Positions 20,704 through 28,970 of a stretch of 64,000 nucleotides of DNA are shown piece after piece. Position numbers and translations under genes: made by a program. The notes under the pieces were generated by a model that was given only the letters and a program-made list of their open reading frames with translations, searched no databases and was not told the DNA's origin. The stretch covers positions 53,397 to 117,396 of the forward strand of contig CACABO010000003.1 in the NCBI GenBank assembly GCA_902530745.1. Direction: 5' to 3'. Position 1 is the first letter of the stretch. Each line of letters begins with the position of its first letter. The stretch is from an uncultured Alphaproteobacteria bacterium (lineage in GTDB: Bacteria > Pseudomonadota > Alphaproteobacteria > HIMB59).

Positions 20704-23042
20704 TAGTTTTTTAGCCTTCTCCCCGTAGACAACATTGCATGGATCCTATCCCTCGTCTTATTGGATTGTATTAAATTTATCAAAGACTGTCGCTCTAAAT
20801 TATAAAGATCAGCTTCCGACAATTCTTTTGATTTAGTTGTATCACCCCCGCTAAGTACGGTTGCTAAATGAAGACCAATATCAACATCATAGCCAAAAAT
20901 GATCTTTTTTTGCTCTAAATCCAATAAAACTTGGTGCATTTTCTCTTTTACCTCAGGTCCGCTTAGTGTGAACTTTGGCTTTTTAGGAGCTGAATATCCG
21001 CTCTTTAATAATGATACTTGATTAAAGGCTTCCACAAGAAGATTATCTCTATTTAAAACAAAAATATCATCATCAAGAAAAAATTTATGCTTTTTAGCTT
21101 GCAATGGGGAATGAGCCATTAGGCCATATCCTATAATATCAAATACTTGAAGAGCTGCTTGATCATGGTCATTAATATATTTCTTGTCTTGTACCCATCT
21201 CCATAATAATTCTTTACACCCACCACCACCTGGAACAAGGCCGACACCTGTTTCTACTAAACCTAAAGTACTATTCATGTGAGCAACCATCTTAGAAGTT
21301 TGACACGCTACTTCAAAACCACCACCAATAGCTAATCCAGCAACGGCACTAACTGTTGGTTTCGATGCATATTTCATTTTCATACATGCAGATTGAAAAT
21401 CAGATAGGTATTTATCGATACCTTTCCAATCTTTCACGTCAGCTAAACCAATCATGGTATTTAAATCAGCTCCTGCAGAAAAATTCATAGCCTCATTATA
21501 AACAACTAGTCCTTGATAATTATCTTGTTCAAGACGGTTAACTGACTCCTCTAGAATTTTCATGGCATCTGCGTTCAAAGCATTAGCCTTGGTGTGAAAT
21601 TCGCAACATAGGATCTTCTGTTCACGAGGTTCATCATTAAATTGCCAAATAGTTGCAGCAAAATTTCGAGATAATGGATTTGCATATTTTTTGTGGTCAC
21701 CTAATCGGCGAACACCCTCTCCTCTAGAGATAAACTTCATACCTGCTTCATGATTATAGGCGCGTGAAGAAGTAGAGTCATAAGGCTCTTGTTTTAATCT
21801 AATCATAGTTGTAAGTAATTCTGGTACTTCTTGTTTTTCATCCTGAAGTCGCTGGACAAATTTGGTGAGACCGTACTCATTTAATAATTCAAATGGACCC
21901 TCATTCCAGTTAAATCCCATACGAAGTGCATCATCTATATCTGTTACTTTTGATGAAACTTCAGGAATACAAAAAGCGCTATAATTAATGATTTTTGCTA
22001 GGACTGCAAAAGCATATCGACCATACTCACTATCATTATCAAGGAGTGCTTTGATGCCCTCTTTCTCAACTCTTCTAGCAATTTCTAAATCTACTTTATC
22101 AAAATCATAATAACTCATGTCTGAAGTGTTCATGGCTTTAATATGTTCATCACCCTCAACAATTGTTGTTTGATAAAAACCCCCAGGACCCTTATTTCCA
22201 TTAAAACCTTTTTCAAGTAACTGCTCAACCAGAGGGTGAGGTTTCACCACATCCATAAAAGGGTCATCTTCTTGTAATTCTTTTTTAAAGCTTGCAAGCA
22301 CATCTTTCATCAAATCAATTCCAATGAGATCATACAGTCCAAAAACGCCTGTTTTAGGAATTCCTAATGGTCGGCCAAATAATGCATCTGCAATTTCTAC
22401 TGGGAGGCCTCGCTCTAATGCCTCATACATCGCAACCTGCATTGCGTACACACCAATTCGATTACCAATAAAACCAGGGGTATCATTACAATTCACAATT
22501 CCTTTGCCTAGCTCATTTTTACAAAAATCACGAAGTCCACCCATCTTATCTTTATTCATCGTTGGTGTTTCAACGATCTCTAATAATCTCATAAATCGGA
22601 CAGGATTAAAAAAGTGAGTAATACAAAAGTCTGCTTTCATGCTATCAGACATTTCTTGTGTCAGAATTGAAAGAGGAATTGTCGAAGTATTAGATGAAAT
22701 AATAGAGTTGGGGCTGCGAACTTTATCAATTTGGGAGTAAAGTTTGTGTTTGATATCAATACGCTCAACAACTGCCTCGATCACCCAGTCTGCATCTTTG
22801 ATTTCATCAAAATCATCTTCTAGGTTACCAGGTTTAATATGTTCCAGACGAGACCGCTCTACTAAAAGTGGGGGGTCTGACTTTTTGATAATATCAATGG
22901 CGTTTTCAGAGATTTGGTTGGCTGACTCCTTACCCTTTAGATCGAGTAGGATTACTTCGCGATTTGAATTGGCTAAATGAGCTGCAATACCAGAGCCCAT
23001 TGTCCCTGCTCCTATTACAACAATTTTTTTAAATGCAGCCAT
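20703..23042 (-). CDS. 3-hydroxyacyl-CoA dehydrogenase / enoyl-CoA hydratase fusion (FadN type)
   Basis: Start placed at ATG 23042 (MAAFKKIVVIGAGTMGSG). SNTSTI, HFFNP, DTPGFIGNRI. C-terminal crotonase domain (NFSAGADL, AIGGGFE, GLVETGVGLVP). Confidence 0.92.
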   Translation of the reverse strand: MAAFKKIVVIGAGTMGSGIAAHLANSNREVILLDLKGKESANQISENAIDIIKKSDPPLLVERSRLEHIKPGNLEDDFDEIKDADWVIEAVVERIDIKHKLYSQIDKVRSPNSIISSNTSTIPLSILTQEMSDSMKADFCITHFFNPVRFMRLLEIVETPTMNKDKMGGLRDFCKNELGKGIVNCNDTPGFIGNRIGVYAMQVAMYEALERGLPVEIADALFGRPLGIPKTGVFGLYDLIGIDLMKDVLASFKKELQEDDPFMDVVKPHPLVEQLLEKGFNGNKGPGGFYQTTIVEGDEHIKAMNTSDMSYYDFDKVDLEIARRVEKEGIKALLDNDSEYGRYAFAVLAKIINYSAFCIPEVSSKVTDIDDALRMGFNWNEGPFELLNEYGLTKFVQRLQDEKQEVPELLTTMIRLKQEPYDSTSSRAYNHEAGMKFISRGEGVRRLGDHKKYANPLSRNFAATIWQFNDEPREQKILCCEFHTKANALNADAMKILEESVNRLEQDNYQGLVVYNEAMNFSAGADLNTMIGLADVKDWKGIDKYLSDFQSACMKMKYASKPTVSAVAGLAIGGGFEVACQTSKMVAHMNSTLGLVETGVGLVPGGGGCKELLWRWVQDKKYINDHDQAALQVFDIIGYGLMAHSPLQAKKHKFFLDDDIFVLNRDNLLVEAFNQVSLLKSGYSAPKKPKFTLSGPEVKEKMHQVLLDLEQKKIIFGYDVDIGLHLATVLSGGDTTKSKELSEADLYNLERQSLINLIQSNKTRDRIHAMLSTGRRLKN

Positions 23043-23148
23043 GATTAAGCACGAGATAATAGCAAAAAGAGTCCTCGTGTTAAGAGTAATCGACCCCAAT
23101 TCCCATATATTTTGACACAACAAAAAAATGCCTATAAATAATGATTTT

Positions 23149-23568
23149 TTAGTAATATTCATAGGTTTTGGACTTTCTTTTGGTCTTGGAGACAAACTCG
23201 AAGGGGTCAATCCAGCACCCATAGCGAGAATCGTGACCAAGATCAGGACTGTAAGCACGGATGCGTTGATGGATCGCTTTTTTCTTATTTTTCAACCGTT
23301 CAGTGGGTTTGTTCCCCGTAATCATTAAGCCCAACTCTCCCACCACCGCGCTACAAGAAACCCCTCCAACAGATACCTGACAATCCACTCGAACTTCCAC
23401 CCTCTCCTCTAAAGGCTGAGAGAGTTCAACCAGCTCATCACGAAACGGAAGCACAAAGTGAATGCCAGAGTCTTGAGTGTAACGATCCTCCAATCGAGAG
23501 GATTGGCTATAGTCACTGATTAAATGAGAGAGCGGTTTCTGCCTTCGAAGCCAATAATATTTTCTCAT
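23149..23568 (-). CDS. Hypothetical protein, last gene of the GC-rich cassette
   Basis: 139-aa ORF whose ATG overlaps (ATGA) the stop of the frameshift-corrected upstream gene. No recognised motif. Confidence 0.5.
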   Translation of the reverse strand: MRKYYWLRRQKPLSHLISDYSQSSRLEDRYTQDSGIHFVLPFRDELVELSQPLEERVEVRVDCQVSVGGVSCSAVVGELGLMITGNKPTERLKNKKKAIHQRIRAYSPDLGHDSRYGCWIDPFEFVSKTKRKSKTYEYY

Positions 23569-24153
23569 GTATACCTACCCTGCTTCATCTCTAATAATTT
23601 TTCTAGTAACTTGAAATACTTTGAAGTGGTGCGTGTTTGAATTTCTTCTAAGACCATTAAGCTTTGATGGCTATTCACATCTCGCTTAAAGGCAATAGCT
23701 AGCAACTCTTCACTTTTTTTTGAGTTCAACTTTCTCCCCTTTCCTTAAATAGCTCTTCGAAAGTTTTCGAGTTCTGCGAAAATCTAAAAGCAAATCAGAT
23801 CGGTAGTAATCTAACATCTCTGTGCTTAAAATAGCACTTTCCATAGAGGCTAAGCGTCTAAGCTTCCATGCACAAAAAACAAATTGATCAACTAAATCGA
23901 TTTCAAGAATATTTCGAGGCTGCCAATGATCGACCATGGCTTGGTGGTACTGCTCAAACTCTATCGGATCTTCACCAAGCGCAACATACTTATTCGAATA
24001 TCCACCATGACGGTAGGCATTCAAACAGGATCGCTGTTTACCCCTCTCCGTCACTGGACCAAGTCCCAACGAGCCATTTCTTTTGCTCGCCTCTATTTGT
24101 TTTGCCGAGCGGACCTTTACTAGCACCTGTCCAATAGCTACCCTACTCAGCAT
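23565..24153 (-). pseudogene. Frameshifted gene of the mobile-element-associated 'GPxTxxGKxRSxxNAxxHG' hypothetical family
   Basis: SAKQIEASKRN..GPVTERGKQRSCLNAYRHG, then P....E..LV......WKLRR...E. The frame stops at 23710 just after an A8 run (23714-23721). Removing one A gives a 195-aa ORF ending at 23565. Confidence 0.65.
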
Positions 24154-24370
24154 CGTCTTCTCCCATCATCGAAATCTGCCGCTCAAAATCCCACTGATCG
24201 AAATCAGGAAAGAGGCGCCGCATGCGCTGGATATATTCAGGATTGAGTTTGGGGACTATTTCTACTCGCCTCCATTGACCCATTGTTTCATCATATACAG
24301 TTTTGTATTGTTTTCTGCGCTTTTTGGGACGGCGAACATAATATTGATGATAATAGAAAAAGGAATCCAT
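24143..24370 (-). CDS. Hypothetical 75-aa protein
   Basis: GGAGG 7 nt upstream of the ATG. Overlaps the start of the next gene. Basic RRPKKRRK patch and acidic tail. Confidence 0.6.
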   Translation of the reverse strand: MDSFFYYHQYYVRRPKKRRKQYKTVYDETMGQWRRVEIVPKLNPEYIQRMRRLFPDFDQWDFERQISMMGEDDAE

Positions 24371-24442
24371 TCATTTACCTCCCTTTCTATAAGCAAGTAT
24401 TTGATCTAGAAGTTCATCTTTATTAATTGGTGAGGAGTGCAT
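24371..24442 (-). CDS. Putative 23-aa small protein (MHSSPINKDELLDQILAYRKGGK)
   Basis: AAGGA 6 nt upstream of the ATG. Its TGA directly abuts the ATG of the next ORF. Below the ORF-track length cutoff. Confidence 0.4.
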   Translation of the reverse strand: MHSSPINKDELLDQILAYRKGGK

Positions 24443-24616
24443 TTTTTATCCTTTCCTCAAAATCATAGCACTGCTGCTATTACTGTTTATGGAAAAGACA
24501 GGTCTCTTTTTTGAAGGGTGTGACGAGCCAACCACCCAAGTATTTTTTATGTCCTAGATTTAGAGTTTGTCGGATTCAATTCTATTGCCCAAGTAGCGTC
24601 ATAAACGAACAATTTA

Positions 24617-24645
24617 ATTTTGTATAATTTTAGAGAGATTGTCAA
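24617..24645 (-). promoter_or_regulatory. Putative sigma70 promoter for the GC-rich cassette
   Basis: Minus strand TTGACA-N17-CAAAAT. Confidence 0.4.
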
Positions 24646-24651
24646 ATTAAA

Positions 24652-26388
24652 TTAATTGAGATCCCATTTTTTTGATACTAGGTTCAATAATTTTTTTTCT
24701 TCTTCTGCCATATCACCATCAGCATTAGCAATTTTTTCTAAATAGTCGTATATCATCTTTTTTGAGTCGGTATTCATAAAATTAAAATAGGAAATAAGTT
24801 TTTCAAATAAATCACTTTTTGGCTCACTATTTATGTACTCTCTAAAACTACTAGAATTAAAGTTAGGCATTATTTGCTTTCCAATTTTTTCAGCAACTTG
24901 TACTTCTTCTTTTTCTATTTTCCCATCAGCGTAAATCATTGCACTGGCAATATGATATATAGCATTAAGCATGAAGTTTTGTTGTTCATTTTTTTCGATA
25001 TCTTCTTCGCTTTGATTTTCCTCAGGTTGTTTAATAAGACCTAATGCAACTAATTTAAGATGTTCAAAATATGTCAAATCTTCCTCAATACTCTCTAGTT
25101 TATCAATATGATCTTTGGCATTGCCTTGATTATTTAGTTCTTTGATTGACATTTCGGACGTTGAAATATCGCATTGTTTTAATCTTTCGCTAATTGGTGG
25201 GTGAGAGTCTGTAGGGTGAGGAGTGGATACACTACCGATATCTTCAAGTATTTTTTCAATAGACTCATCAGATAAATCAAACTTTGAATTATTCATAAAA
25301 GTCTTACTCATGTTTGTAATAAATTTTCCTTGATTACACTCTTTTATTGCATCATCAAGTACCGTATTCCAAGACTCCTGAAAAATAGCTAACTTTAATA
25401 ATGAATAAGCTAGTCCATCTTTTCCACCAGCATCTATTCCTAATTGATCAGCAACTAATTCACGATCTCGACTAATTTTTGAGACAGAGGATGAAAAAAG
25501 AGACAATATAGAGTCTAGAAAGATAACACCAGGGAGGGCTACGATTGAACCTGAGTCAGAAGCGTTATGTAAAGCTGATTGAAGCCCTATATAGACGGGT
25601 GTGAATTTAAGAGAGTATTGAGTGTCCTCTCCTTTAAAGTGTGCAAGTTCATGTCCGATAATTGCTGATATTTCTTTCTCATTGTATAACCTTACTAAAG
25701 GGAGAGATAAATATAATGTTTCTCCATTCACTACATTTTTTTCATTAATAATATTTACATTTGCAGCGGTTATGTAGAAGCCTGGTTCAAGTCCAACAAT
25801 AATATTATCTGGTGCTTTTGCATCCAACTTATCAGCAATAGAATTTACCAAATTCCATAAACCATTTTGCTTATCTACTTGATGCCCAATCACACTAATT
25901 TTTATTGGAGAGTTTATTTGAGACATTGATGACATAATTTTTAAGGCAGCAGCTCCAGCTGCTAATCCTGCTGCACCAATTAAAATAAAGTGGACTGAGC
26001 CTAGGTAATACGACTCCAATACATAAATACCATATGTAAAAATTACACCTTGAAGCAATATTTGAATAACTGTGATGAAAATAGTTATTGGAACTAATTT
26101 AGGGAAAATTTTTGCAATTAATTTTCTATTATCCTTTGATATAAAAGAACAAATTATTAATATTAATACTAATAAAATAGATATTGCTCCTGATATTAAA
26201 CTCCCTAAGTGAGTATAGTAAATTCGCATAAATGATATACATGTTGGATCTGAATTATTTCGGCAAAGATTAAGACCATCATTTAATGAATAGTCACCTA
26301 AAGACTCATTCATGATATTTAGCATAAGAAAATATCCTGCTACAGGGATAATCAAATTTAGGAGTAAAGCTTGAAAAACTTTAGACAT
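24652..26388 (-). CDS. M48 (HtpX-like) membrane zinc metalloprotease fused to a C-terminal TerB-like domain
   Basis: Several TM helices, IIGHELAH, RELVAD, SHPPISERL. C-terminus has paired ADG motifs (MIYADGKIEKEE, IANADGDMAEEE) typical of TerB. Confidence 0.8.
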   Translation of the reverse strand: MSKVFQALLLNLIIPVAGYFLMLNIMNESLGDYSLNDGLNLCRNNSDPTCISFMRIYYTHLGSLISGAISILLVLILIICSFISKDNRKLIAKIFPKLVPITIFITVIQILLQGVIFTYGIYVLESYYLGSVHFILIGAAGLAAGAAALKIMSSMSQINSPIKISVIGHQVDKQNGLWNLVNSIADKLDAKAPDNIIVGLEPGFYITAANVNIINEKNVVNGETLYLSLPLVRLYNEKEISAIIGHELAHFKGEDTQYSLKFTPVYIGLQSALHNASDSGSIVALPGVIFLDSILSLFSSSVSKISRDRELVADQLGIDAGGKDGLAYSLLKLAIFQESWNTVLDDAIKECNQGKFITNMSKTFMNNSKFDLSDESIEKILEDIGSVSTPHPTDSHPPISERLKQCDISTSEMSIKELNNQGNAKDHIDKLESIEEDLTYFEHLKLVALGLIKQPEENQSEEDIEKNEQQNFMLNAIYHIASAMIYADGKIEKEEVQVAEKIGKQIMPNFNSSSFREYINSEPKSDLFEKLISYFNFMNTDSKKMIYDYLEKIANADGDMAEEEKKLLNLVSKKWDLN

Positions 26389-26909
26389 TATTTTTTTTCA
26401 ATTTTTTCTTTCGTTTTTGCCACAACATAATCCATACAAGCTAAAATCAATCCGCTAAAGACAAATGTAAGGTGAACTGTAATGAATAAATAGATTTCCT
26501 CTTTCGTATATTTTGACATATCAAAGAAAAGTTTTAATAAATGTATCCCAGATATTGCAACTATAGACGATATAAGCTTTAACTTGAGTCCACTAAAGTC
26601 AACAGTACCCATCCATGATGGTTTATCTTCATGGTCGCCAACATCAATTTTAGATACAAAATTTTCGTAACCAGAAAATATGACAATTAAAAGTAAATTA
26701 CCTGTGAATGAAAGATCTATCAATGTAAGTGAAAACAATATCATCTCTGTTTCTGCAAATACGAAACCATCTGAAAAAAAATATGATAATTCTCTAACGA
26801 ATGTGATTAACAAAAAGAATAGACATATTACAAGACCGAAATAAAAAGGTGCCATTATCCACCTCGAGGCGAACATTAATTTCTCTAATGTCTCTTCAAT
26901 AAATTTCAT
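26388..26909 (-). CDS. yqhA: YqhA / UPF0114 (TIGR00645) membrane protein
   Basis: ASRWIMAPFY, LTLIDL, SGYENFVSKID, LKLKLISSIVAISGIHLL. Confidence 0.88.
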   Translation of the reverse strand: MKFIEETLEKLMFASRWIMAPFYFGLVICLFFLLITFVRELSYFFSDGFVFAETEMILFSLTLIDLSFTGNLLLIVIFSGYENFVSKIDVGDHEDKPSWMGTVDFSGLKLKLISSIVAISGIHLLKLFFDMSKYTKEEIYLFITVHLTFVFSGLILACMDYVVAKTKEKIEKK

Positions 26910-27087
26910 AAATAAAAATTAACAGATTGAACGAACCTTAAAAATAAAAAAAAATCATGTTTTATTTTTTTTTTTAAAAATATCAATTTATTTGTGTTTT
27001 TATAATTTTATCCACAGCGAAATATACTAAATAATAATGAATTTTTTTAATGTTCAGATTATATTAATATTAATCAAGTTTGTAATT

Positions 27088-28134
27088 ATGTTTAAACTTA
27101 TATCAATATTATTAACTTTAATTCACTTAATCCCGCTGGCTCATGCAGAATTAGATAAGAATCTTTATACAAGTGAAGAGATGTGGGAAAAAATTAGTAA
27201 TTTCGATTGGAAAAATTCAAATGATGAACCAATTATAGAAGACAATGATGCTAATGCATATATAGATTTAAGAAGTTTTCCATTTGTATCTTATCTCTTA
27301 AACACTAGTGAGGTACAGCAATTCAGGTTTTGGATGAATGGGATAGAGAATAAAAATACAAAATACGTTTTTATTTTGTATCCCTCAAATGACCCTGATA
27401 ATGATGATGCGATAACTGTTTATATAGATAAGTATGATGACATAGGTTATGTAGATGGAACTGACTGGGTAAATGTAAACCCTGCTGAAGTATTGGCAGA
27501 TCAATGGGAGAAAGAACAAAAACTAAACAAGGAAAAAATTGAAAATGGAAAAGAACCAACAACTAAGATTGAGTGGTTTATCGAACCAACTTTTGTCTCA
27601 AGTAAAGGTTACATATATGAGTCAACTAAAATATATAAAGAAACCAGAGTAATTTATAATACTTGGATTTATATTCTAGGAAGAGATGGCTATCAGTTCA
27701 TAAATTTAGTCACAGATGAAAATAGATTAAAATATATTAATGAGGAATTTATAAATCAAATATTAGAAAGCTATGTATTCCAAGAAGGAAAATCTTATAC
27801 TGACTTTCAAGAAGGTGATGAAGTATCATCAACCTCTGCGGCAGATTTAGTAACAAAACAGGAGCCTGAACTTAAAATATATATTCCAGAAGACACACTT
27901 TGTGTAGATGTAATAAATTCTGTAAACAAAACTGAATTCAGTGAGAGAGATAAATTAATAATACTGGGAGTAGTTTCAGGATTTAACATTTATGATTATT
28001 TTATCTCAGAAGGCTATGTGGGCTATAATTCGCCTAAAGAAAAATTATTAAATGACGTGAAAGATCATTGTTTAACAAATCCAGGGGAGTCATTAATGTT
28101 AGCAATAGTAAAAGTTCTTTTTGGAGACTCATAA
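27088..28134 (+). CDS. Secreted DUF2167-like protein with a small C-terminal two-Cys helical domain
   Basis: Signal peptide from ATG 27088. DDIGYV.., W..EP.F, YN..ILGRDGY, F.EGKSYTDFQEGD. Tail C...GVVSGFN...HCLTNP. Confidence 0.6.
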   Translation: MFKLISILLTLIHLIPLAHAELDKNLYTSEEMWEKISNFDWKNSNDEPIIEDNDANAYIDLRSFPFVSYLLNTSEVQQFRFWMNGIENKNTKYVFILYPSNDPDNDDAITVYIDKYDDIGYVDGTDWVNVNPAEVLADQWEKEQKLNKEKIENGKEPTTKIEWFIEPTFVSSKGYIYESTKIYKETRVIYNTWIYILGRDGYQFINLVTDENRLKYINEEFINQILESYVFQEGKSYTDFQEGDEVSSTSAADLVTKQEPELKIYIPEDTLCVDVINSVNKTEFSERDKLIILGVVSGFNIYDYFISEGYVGYNSPKEKLLNDVKDHCLTNPGESLMLAIVKVLFGDS

Positions 28135-28166
28135 ATTTCATTAAAACTCATTGATAAATGTAAAAA

Positions 28167-28970
28167 ATGATAATTCATATACTACTTTGGGCAATTTTAC
28201 CCTCAATACTCATAACTATATATATTGCAAAAAAAGATCTTTTCCCTGAACCAAATAAAGCGATAGCATCCGCATTAGCTCTAGGTTTTTTAATTTTTAT
28301 ACCACATACTTTCTTTTTCATCTTTCTGGGTGATTTATATTGGGAAATTTATGATAACAATTTAAGAGATGCTCATTTTATCAATTTAATAGAAAGTTTT
28401 TTTCAAGCAGCTTTTATTGAAGAGTCTTTAAAATTTTTAGTTTTTCTTTTTTTTGTATCTAAATTCAATGCATTCAATGAACCCATGGATGCTATTGTTT
28501 ATGGAGTTTGTATTTCACTAGGTTTTTCTCTTATGGAAACACTTGATTGGACATATATTGCATACACTGAAGGCGGTCCTGATCAGGCTCTTATCGAAGC
28601 TCAATCTAGAGCTTGGAGTTCTAATACTATGCATGCAGCGTGTGGAATTTTAATGGGTACTTTGCTATCAAACGCTTTTTTTCAAAAAAAAAATAATTTC
28701 TTAAAATTAATATTAGCTCTTCTTATCCCTATTCTTTTGCATGGTTTTTATAATTTTAGTATTGGGCATGAAGCTTTTACTCTCTCTAACATTCTTCTAT
28801 TTCTATCTATTGGGGTAATTCTGTTTGGTTGGAGAAAAGCAAGAGAAAGGCAAAAACTAAAAAAAATGGAATTAGAGGATAAAGTTATTTCTATTAATTT
28901 TTTTCATATTTCGTCTTCAATTTTAATAAATTTTCTATTGGTTTTATTAATAATTAATTTAATGAAATGA
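28167..28970 (+). CDS. PrsW-family intramembrane protease
   Basis: EESLK, EPMDAIVYG, GFSLME, MHA, LLHGFYN motifs; multi-TM. Confidence 0.88.
   Translation: MIIHILLWAILPSILITIYIAKKDLFPEPNKAIASALALGFLIFIPHTFFFIFLGDLYWEIYDNNLRDAHFINLIESFFQAAFIEESLKFLVFLFFVSKFNAFNEPMDAIVYGVCISLGFSLMETLDWTYIAYTEGGPDQALIEAQSRAWSSNTMHAACGILMGTLLSNAFFQKKNNFLKLILALLIPILLHGFYNFSIGHEAFTLSNILLFLSIGVILFGWRKARERQKLKKMELEDKVISINFFHISSSILINFLLVLLIINLMK

Noticed and set aside
23112-23140. Plus-strand TTGACA promoter driving an antisense RNA into the orphan cassette
   Set aside because: The -35 box is perfect, but no good -10 box lies at 16-18 bp spacing.
23043-23258. 72-aa N-terminal extension of the FadN-type protein shown in the ORF track
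   Set aside because: The Rossmann motif begins right after ATG 23042, and the extension overlaps another ORF on the same strand. It is most likely an open frame by chance.
23710-23721. Programmed -1 ribosomal frameshift at A AAA AAG
   Set aside because: The heptamer is a classic slippery site, but the -1 frame stops after four codons (GTG AAG AGT TGC TAG). Only the +1 frame gives the long coupled tail.
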